Positions 56,680-64,000 of a DNA stretch of 64,000 nt are shown one piece after another. The position numbers and the translations under genes were made by a program. Each line of letters begins with the position of its first letter. The first letter of the stretch is position 1. The notes under the pieces are model-generated. The model worked only from the letters and a program-made list of their open reading frames with translations. It did not search any database and had not been told where the DNA came from. The stretch lies in contig CAIRAY010000147.1 of assembly GCA_903876665.1 (NCBI GenBank), positions 1-64,000 of the forward strand, in the 5' to 3' direction. The DNA comes from an uncultured Fibrobacterota bacterium. Lineage in GTDB: Bacteria > Fibrobacterota > Fibrobacteria > Fibrobacterales > Fibrobacteraceae.

Positions 56680-57471
56680 TTGGAGCTCCACATGAATCCC
56701 TTGATCCGCTTGGTCAGACAATACACTGAAAATGTTTCCTACACCGTTCGGTGGGGGATTGCCAGAGGGATGAAGCGAAAGGGTGGATTGCAATTCATTC
56801 CCCAGATCACCAAACTTCGGGCAGAAGAGATCCATTTAATGGGCCTCGACCTGACGGGGAAAACCGTTTACGACATTGGCGGATTCGAGGGCATATTCAC
56901 CCTCCATTTTTCCCGGGCAACGGGAGCCAATGGCCATGTGGTCACCTTTGAGCCAAACCCAATCAACCAAAAGAAAATTGAAACCAACATTGCCTTGAAT
57001 TCGATCACCAATACCCGCCTGATGAAGGTCGGCCTTGGCTCCAAACTCGAGACCTTGACCCTGGTGGTACCCGTGGGAGAACGCGAATCCGGGACTGTGA
57101 ACAATAACGCCCAACAGCGCTACCTTGGGGACCCATCCCACCGCGAAGTCCAAGTTGTGGTCGATTCCCTGGATCACCTCATTGCGCAGGAATCCCTACC
57201 TGTCCCTGATTTCATGAAAATTGATATCGAAGGCTTTGAGAACGAAGCTCTAAAGGGAGCGAGCCAGCTCCTCTCCACCCGCAAGCCTGCGATGCATATT
57301 GAGATCCACACACACGTCTTTGACGCCATGACCGATAAGCGCAAATATTTGGATGAGCTTTTACAAATTCTTTTCGGACACGGTTACTCCATTACTTGTG
57401 TGGAAACAGGGGAACAAGTCACCGCATCCTCCACATCCCTGTTCGAAGAATCCCATTTCTACTGTGTTTGA
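56680..57471 (+). CDS. FkbM-family SAM-dependent methyltransferase
   Basis: VYDIGGFEGIFTLHF, FEPNP and MKIDIEGFENEALKGA motifs of the TIGR01444 FkbM family. Confidence 0.8.
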   Translation: MELHMNPLIRLVRQYTENVSYTVRWGIARGMKRKGGLQFIPQITKLRAEEIHLMGLDLTGKTVYDIGGFEGIFTLHFSRATGANGHVVTFEPNPINQKKIETNIALNSITNTRLMKVGLGSKLETLTLVVPVGERESGTVNNNAQQRYLGDPSHREVQVVVDSLDHLIAQESLPVPDFMKIDIEGFENEALKGASQLLSTRKPAMHIEIHTHVFDAMTDKRKYLDELLQILFGHGYSITCVETGEQVTASSTSLFEESHFYCV

Positions 57472-57481
57472 TGGGGCATCG

Positions 57482-58378
57482 TTATCGAGCCCTAATGGTT
57501 CTCCATGCGAACCATAGGCCTCCAATGAGCGCCATGATCAACACCATCAAGTAGGCTGGCCCCTGAGAGGCCAAACACTCCTCCGCCGAAATCCCAGTCA
57601 GGGTAAACAAAAACACCGTGGCCCATTCCCGCACTCCGATTCCAAATACAGAAATCGGAATCATGGTTAAAATGGTTATCGGCGGCAGAAACAGGAAAAT
57701 CGGAAGTAAAGGCATCTCCACGCCGATGGACCGAAAAAACATCCAGGGCTGCAAGGTCACCAAGACCTGAATTACCAGGGAATCGATCCACCCCTTCTGT
57801 CCCAACCTCAAGAAGGCGCGAAACTCCAAAAATCGGTTAAACCGTGTCTTTTTTAAAAAGAGAAAGGACCAAGGCCCAAAAAAGAACACCAAGCCCACCG
57901 CAGTAAGCAATGAAGTCGCAATCATTCCGGTGTTCACCGAAGCGGGAAGCTTACTGGGCCAAAAAAACCAGGCAATCCAATAAAAGACAATCATAATCGC
58001 CATACCCATCACCCGACTCATAAAAACAGAGGACAAGGACCCGCCCATGTCTTTCATCGCCCTTCCGAGCCCCACGGATTTGACGGCGTCGCCCCCCATA
58101 CCCGAAGGCAAAAGAATATTGAAGAAGTATCCCACAGAGGTGAAATACAAGAATTCCTTGAGCCGAGGAACCTCACCATTTACTTCTAGAGTCATGCGTT
58201 GCCAGCGCAGGGACTGCATAAACATTACCAGAAAGCTTACTAAAAGAGCCAGAAGAAACCAGGGAATGGACATCCCCCTGGTGCGCGAAAAAACCTCTCC
58301 CATGGGAAAGGACCGGAACAGCCACCAAATCAGAATCCCGGTAACCAGGATCTTTGCAAATAGAAGCAGGCGCTTCAC
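57482..58378 (-). CDS. UPF0104-family membrane protein (flippase-like / lysyl-phosphatidylglycerol synthase TM-region-like)
   Basis: 8 TM helices with an N-terminal LLLFAKILVTGILIWWLF. It overlaps the kinase gene by 4 bp. Confidence 0.6.
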   Translation of the reverse strand: MKRLLLFAKILVTGILIWWLFRSFPMGEVFSRTRGMSIPWFLLALLVSFLVMFMQSLRWQRMTLEVNGEVPRLKEFLYFTSVGYFFNILLPSGMGGDAVKSVGLGRAMKDMGGSLSSVFMSRVMGMAIMIVFYWIAWFFWPSKLPASVNTGMIATSLLTAVGLVFFFGPWSFLFLKKTRFNRFLEFRAFLRLGQKGWIDSLVIQVLVTLQPWMFFRSIGVEMPLLPIFLFLPPITILTMIPISVFGIGVREWATVFLFTLTGISAEECLASQGPAYLMVLIMALIGGLWFAWRTIRAR

Positions 58379-59403
58379 GGATCCTGCTCAGAAAGGAGAG
58401 GAGCAAGGACTCTTTCCAAGGGCAGGGAACTCGCCTCCAGCACACACTTCAAGCGTTTGACCCCCGGGGAAATGTGCCTTGCAAAAGAGGGAATCCCCTT
58501 GTTGCGAGAAAGGTTGCAATAGGCCCCCAATGCCTGCATCAACCTTTGCAAGGACGCTTCCAAAAAGCGTTTCCAATGAATCTCCAAGTCTCCGACCAGC
58601 AGTGGATGATCCTGGCAGAACAACTCAAAAAGATGACGCACCTCAGGCACAGAAAGGTAAACATAGGGATCCCAAAGAAGACTTGCCAAGTCATAATAGA
58701 GGGAGCCATTACGTGCGCCCTGAAAATCAACAAATCCAATATGGCCTTCTATGGTCACCATTATATTTTGCGATTGAAAATCACGATGCATAAGGCCAAG
58801 CGGATGCCCAGCAACTTGACTTGCCAATTGGTCGAACAAGGGTTCAAGCGAGGCAGTCTGTAGCAAAGAATAACCCCGATGCCCCTGCAAAAAATGCTCG
58901 ATGAAGTAATTGGTTTCCCAACGCAGTGCATGCACATCAAATACACGACTTCGAAGATCCGCGTTGCGATCGAAAGCCATCTGCGAAACGCTCTGCCAGC
59001 GCACAAGCTCGGTGACCACCTTGTGATAGATGGGAACTACCGAAGTCGCACTGGGGGGCAGCCCACTCGGATCCAATTCGTGGCAACAATCCCACAATTG
59101 GCGATTCCCCAGATCATCCATGAGAACTTGCCTGGCTGCATGATCAATGGCATGGATTTTGGGAGTGGGAAGACCCAGTCCGCCAAATAATTTGCAGTAA
59201 TCCACGAAGCGGTCAAAGTCTGCATCCAAAGCGTGCGATTGCTGCAACACCCAGGAGATTCCCTTGACATGCAAACGATAATATTTGCGACCCGACCCCG
59301 CCTGACCCGCGAAAGAAACCGACATGCGAGCAGGAATTTCGACACCGTCGGAAAGAAAAGTCCGGACAGCCGGGGCCAGTTCGATTTCAATCAAAGCATC
59401 CAT
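58375..59403 (-). CDS. APH-fold sugar kinase (AmgK-like anomeric MurNAc/GlcNAc kinase family; a LicA-like alternative is not excluded). Start at MDALIEIEL; the track ORF extends to 59520.
   Basis: N-terminal GQAGSGRKYYRL (cf. the GDASxRRYxR motif), catalytic LMHRDFQSQNIM (HxDxxxxN), and DFQGA (DFG-like). Confidence 0.7.
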   Translation of the reverse strand: MDALIEIELAPAVRTFLSDGVEIPARMSVSFAGQAGSGRKYYRLHVKGISWVLQQSHALDADFDRFVDYCKLFGGLGLPTPKIHAIDHAARQVLMDDLGNRQLWDCCHELDPSGLPPSATSVVPIYHKVVTELVRWQSVSQMAFDRNADLRSRVFDVHALRWETNYFIEHFLQGHRGYSLLQTASLEPLFDQLASQVAGHPLGLMHRDFQSQNIMVTIEGHIGFVDFQGARNGSLYYDLASLLWDPYVYLSVPEVRHLFELFCQDHPLLVGDLEIHWKRFLEASLQRLMQALGAYCNLSRNKGIPSFARHISPGVKRLKCVLEASSLPLERVLAPLLSEQDP

Positions 59404-60302
59404 CGGAACCCTGCTCCCGCAACAATTCTTGACAATACTTCTCCGGCTTCTATTCTCGCGTTGGGCAATATGATGCAGTGGTCGAGCTTGGCTCCATCGC
59501 CAATCCAGGCACCTTCGCAAATTACCGTTCCTGCGCCGGTGGAAAAGTGCCCGGTGGAAATGTCGGGGGAAACCCAGCGGTCAACGCCAAGTTCAAGCAG
59601 GCGGGCCTCGCAGGCCCGATAGAGACCTTCAGGGGATCCCATGTCGATCCAGGTGGCCTGGCTTTGCTCCGTGTAGGCCAAGGGAAAGCGCCCGGCATGA
59701 GCCTCGCGGGCCCAAAAATCCACCACATTGAAATCCGAATCCAAAATGCGAGAGAGTGCACCCGGGCCATACCAGGAAACCCCGGAAAACGTTTGCTTGC
59801 GAACTGCGGAACCTATCGAGTATTTTCCATCCCGGCCACAAACCCGACCCCGGACATCAATTTGCAGATTATCCACATTGGGGAAATCGACACAGAGTAG
59901 CGCAAAAGGAGCTTCGGAAGCGCGAGCTGCCAAAACAAAGGCTGCCAAATCGAACCCATGAAAATTGTCGCCGTTTAAAACCAGAAGTTCGCCCTTCCAT
60001 CCATCCTTCCAGACCCGGTGGAGTGGCCCTCCGGTACCTAAGATTTGCGGATGTTCCACATAAACTTTATCAACCCCAAAAGCTTCGGAGGCTTCCTGGA
60101 TCTGGTCTGCCAAGTGATGCGCATTCACAAATAATTTTTCGACGGGCATTTTTTCCCGCAGCTTTTTACAAGACGCAACCTGATGTTCCAGGATGCTTTT
60201 GTCCACGATGGGAATCAAAGGCTTGGGGATGATATCGGTGTAGGGCCGTAGCCGGGTCCCCAAACCCGCAGCTAAAACCAGTACCGAAAGGGATTCGCTC
60301 AT
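59391..60302 (-). CDS. Sugar-1-phosphate nucleotidyltransferase (MurU-like) with a C-terminal left-handed beta-helix extension
   Basis: N-terminal LVLAAGLGTRLRPYTDIIPKPLIPI (G-x-G-T-R-x-x-P), and a C-terminal hexapeptide-repeat-like region ICEGAWIGDGAKLDHCIILPNARIEAGEV. Confidence 0.75.
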   Translation of the reverse strand: MSESLSVLVLAAGLGTRLRPYTDIIPKPLIPIVDKSILEHQVASCKKLREKMPVEKLFVNAHHLADQIQEASEAFGVDKVYVEHPQILGTGGPLHRVWKDGWKGELLVLNGDNFHGFDLAAFVLAARASEAPFALLCVDFPNVDNLQIDVRGRVCGRDGKYSIGSAVRKQTFSGVSWYGPGALSRILDSDFNVVDFWAREAHAGRFPLAYTEQSQATWIDMGSPEGLYRACEARLLELGVDRWVSPDISTGHFSTGAGTVICEGAWIGDGAKLDHCIILPNARIEAGEVLSRIVAGAGFRWML

Positions 60303-61393
60303 GATTCGATATGCTGGTTACGGTACCAACCATTCCCCAGAAGAATGTCGATTGGCAACTTGGTGAATTCGTACTCATATGGAGGCTGCTTCCACTGGAA
60401 TTGGCCCGGATAACGGTGGAACAGGAATTTGAGGATCTGGATTGCCGATTCAAAGGGGAGAAAGGCCTCCCGGTCCAGGACATGGAACTGCGCCCCGCCA
60501 CAAAACTGACCGGACCACTTATGGAAGGTTGGCTGGAACCAGTGCTCCCGAAAATAGACACCCGGCAGCGATAACCCGTTCAAATGGGCACAAAGCTCCT
60601 CGGCATCAATAAATGGAGCACCGAAGATTTCAAATGGCCGCGTAGTCCCACGACCTTCGGAAATGTTGGTGGCTTCAAAAAGACACATGCCCGGATACAC
60701 AATTGCTGTGTCCAGTGTGGGCATATTGGGAGAAGGGATCACCCAGGGAAGCCCAGTCTGGTCAAACCACATGTTGGAGGCATAGCCCTCCATTTCGAGC
60801 ACATGCAATTTGGATGCAGGAAAGCATTCGGCCTGGAACTGGCGCGCCAGCTGGCCAATGGTCTTACCGTGCCGAACCGGAATGCTATGGAGCCCGACAA
60901 AACTGGTATGATCGAGCTCCAGCGTGGGACCTTCGACCAAATGACATCCAATGGGATTGGGGCGGTCCACGACCACCACTTCGATGCCCGCTTTTTCACA
61001 GGCCTTCATGCACAGGTACAAAGTCCAAATGAAGGTGTAGTAGCGGGCTCCAACATCCTGCAAATCCACCAAAAGAACCTCGACGCCCTCAAGCATCTTT
61101 GCGGAGGGTTCGCGGTTTTCGCCGTAAAGACTGTAAACGGGAATGCCCAAAACCGGATCCGGGTAGCCCTCCCATTCGATCATGTTGTCCTGGGTATGTC
61201 CCTTGATTCCGTGCTGGGGACCAAAGAGGGCGACCAGGCGGTAAAGCGTTCCATCCAAAGCGGTTATCTTCTGCAGGGAATGCCTGAGATCGGCCCCGAT
61301 GGAAGCAGGGTGCAAAACAGCGCCAAGGCGTTTTCCGCGCAGGGCGGTTGGCCAATGGCGTGAAAGGTTGTCGATTGCAAGTTTTATGGTCAT
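60299..61393 (-). CDS. DUF1343-family protein (NamZ-like exo-beta-N-acetylmuramidase family)
   Basis: 364 aa with LFGPQHGIKGH and the conserved DUF1343 core. It overlaps the nucleotidyltransferase by 4 bp. Confidence 0.75.
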   Translation of the reverse strand: MTIKLAIDNLSRHWPTALRGKRLGAVLHPASIGADLRHSLQKITALDGTLYRLVALFGPQHGIKGHTQDNMIEWEGYPDPVLGIPVYSLYGENREPSAKMLEGVEVLLVDLQDVGARYYTFIWTLYLCMKACEKAGIEVVVVDRPNPIGCHLVEGPTLELDHTSFVGLHSIPVRHGKTIGQLARQFQAECFPASKLHVLEMEGYASNMWFDQTGLPWVIPSPNMPTLDTAIVYPGMCLFEATNISEGRGTTRPFEIFGAPFIDAEELCAHLNGLSLPGVYFREHWFQPTFHKWSGQFCGGAQFHVLDREAFLPFESAIQILKFLFHRYPGQFQWKQPPYEYEFTKLPIDILLGNGWYRNQHIES

Positions 61394-61439
61394 GTTTTTT
61401 TTATCTTTTCGTGAAATTTAATTAACCACGGGTATATTT

Positions 61440-61892
61440 ATGGCTTCTTTAAACAAAGTAATGCTGATTGGCAATCTCGGAAAGGATCCAGAAATCCGCA
61501 CAACTCCTTCGGGAGTCAAAAAGGTCAGCTTCTCAATCGCCACAACTGAATCCTTCAAGGACAAGACCACCGGCGAAAAAAAGGACAAAACCGAGTGGCA
61601 CAACATCGTTGGCTGGCGCATCACTGCCGACTTGATCGAACGTCTCGGAATCAAAAAGGGCACCTCCCTGTACATCGAAGGCAAGCTGACTTCCCGCTCC
61701 TGGGACGATCCAAGCGGCCAAAAAAAGTATATCACCGAAGTCGAAATGGACAATTTCCAGATTTTGACTCCACGTGGTCAAGGGGATCGTCCAAGCGGTG
61801 GCTACCAGCAGAATTCCAGCGCACCAAGCCAACAAAGTGCGCCAAGTTATGAATCCTCCGATTCCGCAGCGGGTGACGACCTTCCGTTCTAA
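61440..61892 (+). CDS. ssb: Single-stranded DNA-binding protein
   Basis: OB-fold N-terminus (VMLIGNLGKDPEIR...TEWHNIV), a Gly/Gln/Ser-rich tail and a C-terminal DDLPF. Confidence 0.9.
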   Translation: MASLNKVMLIGNLGKDPEIRTTPSGVKKVSFSIATTESFKDKTTGEKKDKTEWHNIVGWRITADLIERLGIKKGTSLYIEGKLTSRSWDDPSGQKKYITEVEMDNFQILTPRGQGDRPSGGYQQNSSAPSQQSAPSYESSDSAAGDDLPF

Positions 61893-61922
61893 TTCAAACA
61901 TTAACACAGGCAAGGGCTATAT

Positions 61923-62621
61923 ATGCAAAACCTCCCCGATCTCGCAGTTCTTTGGTCTCTTGGGCTGATTGCTGTGATCATTTCGGTGAACGCCAAGGGA
62001 ACCGCCCGGATTTCCTTGTCGTGGTTTTTTACTGCCGCAGTAGTGACCCTTTGTATTTCCGCTTCCATCCTCAAGGTGTCGGCCCTCAAAAACCGCCTGC
62101 TCGATGGCGCCTCCGCCGAACCTCCCGCAGAGATGTCTGCGCCAGTCAATCCTGTCCCGGCCCAGCCCAGCAATACCAAGACCCAAACCCCCGGCCCTTC
62201 TTCGGCTTCGGTCAGTTCTACGGACCAAACCAAGGACTACTTGGAACAGGCATCCCGGATTGTGGGTACCGCCCTCGGGTGCGCGGGCGCCATCAACTCC
62301 TTTGACATTGATGCCCTGGCCAACATCGCGGATTCCCAATACGAGCGGGAACAATCACGCGCGCTCAGCCTGCGCAATCAAAGCTCAAGCATCAGCCGCC
62401 AGGTCAAATCCCTCCAAGTCCCCCAGAATCTTGCCTGGCTGCAGGCCGATCTGGACAAAGCCACGGAAAATTTACGCCTGGCCGGTTGGGCGGTACACGC
62501 CTATTTTGCGGCTGAAAATAATGACGATGAAAAAGCGATGCAGGATCAATTTACTCGATATTCACGTACGGCTCAAACCGATCTACGCTTGATTCAACAA
62601 GAACTTTTACGCCAACGATAA
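61923..62621 (+). CDS. Hypothetical membrane-anchored protein (2 N-terminal TM helices, a Pro/Ser-rich linker, and a C-terminal helical domain)
   Basis: The call rests on ORF structure and hydrophobicity only. Confidence 0.4.
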   Translation: MQNLPDLAVLWSLGLIAVIISVNAKGTARISLSWFFTAAVVTLCISASILKVSALKNRLLDGASAEPPAEMSAPVNPVPAQPSNTKTQTPGPSSASVSSTDQTKDYLEQASRIVGTALGCAGAINSFDIDALANIADSQYEREQSRALSLRNQSSSISRQVKSLQVPQNLAWLQADLDKATENLRLAGWAVHAYFAAENNDDEKAMQDQFTRYSRTAQTDLRLIQQELLRQR

Positions 62622-62634
62622 AACCGGAGAAATC

Positions 62635-63015
62635 ATGTCCGAAATTCGCGACAACCTGAAATACACCACCGATCATGAATGGGCCCTCATCGAAGGCGGC
62701 ATTGCCGTGATTGGAATTACCGACCACGCCCAATCCGAACTCGGGGACATCGTTTTTGTTGACCTTCCCAAGGTCGGCGACCAGGCCAAAGCCGGAGAAA
62801 GCATTGGCACCATTGAGGCGGTGAAGACCGTCGCTGAAATTTATTCTCCACTCACCGGTGAAATCGTCGAGGTTAACACAGCCCTTGCCGATTCCGCCTC
62901 CATCATGAACGCAGATGCCTACGGAAATGGCTGGATCGCAAAGATCCGCATTTCTAATCCGTCCGAACTCGAAACCCTTCTCGATGCCAAGAGCTACGCA
63001 GCTCACATCGGTTAA
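62635..63015 (+). CDS. gcvH: Glycine cleavage system H protein
   Basis: Lipoyl-lysine motif GTIEAVKTVAEIYSP, 126 aa. Confidence 0.9.
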   Translation: MSEIRDNLKYTTDHEWALIEGGIAVIGITDHAQSELGDIVFVDLPKVGDQAKAGESIGTIEAVKTVAEIYSPLTGEIVEVNTALADSASIMNADAYGNGWIAKIRISNPSELETLLDAKSYAAHIG

Positions 63016-63050
63016 CCCGTCCACAACCCCAATCAAAAGGTCAAATAGCC

Positions 63051-64000
63051 ATGAGTCGTAATGTTGCCATAGTCGGAGCCACCGGAGCGGTGGGTCAGGA
63101 ATTACTTTCCATTCTCGCGGAACGAAAGTTTCCCATGAAGAGCCTGAAACTATTGGCATCCAAACGGTCGGCTGGAAAATCCGTCCATTTCATGGGCAAG
63201 GATCTCGTGATTGAAGAGCTCACCCACGACTCCTTCCAGGGTGTGGATTTGGTGCTCTCTTCCGCAGGTGGTTCCATTTCCAAGGAATTCATGCCATCGG
63301 CCGTCAAAGCTGGTGCGGTGGTGGTTGACAACACCTCGTACTTCCGCATGGACCCTACCGTTCCCCTGGTGATCCCCGAGGTCAATCCTCAGGCCATCAA
63401 GGGCCACAAGGGAATCATTGCAAACCCCAATTGCTCCACCATCATCATGCTGGTGCCCCTGTATCCATTGCACAAGGCCATCGGCATCAAGCGCGTCCAG
63501 GCCTGCACCTACCAGGCCGCATCGGGTGCTGGCGCCCAGGCCATGGAAGAATTGCGCCTCGAATCCGTCGCAGTCGCCAATGGCGAATCCTTTGAGCGCA
63601 CCGTCATCCCGTACCCCTACGCATTCAACCTCTTCCCGCACAACGCCCCCTACAACGACGGAAGCGAAGCCAAGGCCAAGCTCCACGCTCCCGTAGGTTA
63701 CTGCGAAGAAGAGTGGAAAATGGTGGCCGAAACCGAAAAGATCCTCGCGGATTCCGTGATCAAAGTCAATGCCACCTGCGTCCGCGTTCCCGTTCTGCGG
63801 GCTCATTCCGAAGCGCTGAACATTGAATTCGCCCGCCCCACCACCACCGAAGAAATCTACGCCATCCTCTCCAAAGCAGCCGGCGTGCAAATCCTCGAAG
63901 AGCCTTCCAAAAATCGTTGGCCCATGCCAATCGATGCCAGCGGAAAGGATCCCGTACTCGTTGGACGCGTGCGCAAAGACTTGTCCCGCGAAAACACCTT
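63051..64000 (+). CDS. asd: Aspartate-semialdehyde dehydrogenase, 3' partial (runs off the window end)
   Basis: NAD(P)-binding VAIVGATGAVGQ, the active-site NPNCSTI motif and the ASGAGA motif. It is open to the last base of the window. Confidence 0.9.
   Translation, partial: MSRNVAIVGATGAVGQELLSILAERKFPMKSLKLLASKRSAGKSVHFMGKDLVIEELTHDSFQGVDLVLSSAGGSISKEFMPSAVKAGAVVVDNTSYFRMDPTVPLVIPEVNPQAIKGHKGIIANPNCSTIIMLVPLYPLHKAIGIKRVQACTYQAASGAGAQAMEELRLESVAVANGESFERTVIPYPYAFNLFPHNAPYNDGSEAKAKLHAPVGYCEEEWKMVAETEKILADSVIKVNATCVRVPVLRAHSEALNIEFARPTTTEEIYAILSKAAGVQILEEPSKNRWPMPIDASGKDPVLVGRVRKDLSRENT

Noticed and set aside
63150-63890. 246-aa minus-strand ORF
   Set aside because: It is antisense to asd, which shows canonical NPNCSTI motifs on the plus strand.

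Overview
This 64-kb window looks like a chromosomal segment from a Fibrobacter-lineage bacterium (Fibrobacteres). That guess rests on three lipoproteins carrying the Fibrobacter succinogenes major paralogous domain (TIGR02145-like, ending ...SVRC[IVL]xD) and two paralogs of the Fibrobacter-specific TIGR02147-like HTH family. Coding density is high and genes sit on both strands.

Housekeeping genes: argJ, greA, holA, pepA, guaA, hflX, leuCD, pepP, eno, ssb, gcvH, asd (3' partial), trxB, and a ubiE-ubiX-ubiA prenylquinone trio.

Accessory and envelope content:
- A 1548-aa secreted LamG / RCC1-repeat / Ig-like giant protein (59-4705). Its signal peptide and ATG are put out of frame by a G8/C8 homopolymer, which is a candidate phase-variation switch.
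- A thiol-redox / metalloid cluster: ArsR, an ArsP-like permease with a TPFCSCS motif, the small Trx-like redox-active disulfide protein 2, a periplasmic Trx-like protein and CcdA.
- A sugar ABC-transporter operon whose MalG-like permease carries a roughly 450-aa periplasmic insertion, followed by a sensor-less hybrid histidine kinase. An orphan REC gene and an orphan Hpt gene lie nearby.
- An ExbB/ExbD/TonB/TPR block containing a long-form ExbB.
- A surface-glycan island: YfhO-like GT-C protein, GT4 glycosyltransferase, FkbM methyltransferase, UPF0104 flippase-like protein, an AmgK-like kinase, a sugar-1-P nucleotidyltransferase and a DUF1343 (NamZ-family) protein. It is flanked by two TIGR02147-regulator / lipoprotein cassettes.

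Non-coding observations:
- A family of GC-rich palindromes (ATGCCCG-N3-CGGGCAT, in two subtypes) with tandem half-site arrays, found at four intergenic loci and once inside a CDS.
- A perfect 14-bp palindrome that is a candidate operator at the arsR start.
- A 38-aa small membrane ORF with a sigma70-like promoter, followed by three hairpins.

No rRNA, tRNA, CRISPR array or clear mobile element was seen.
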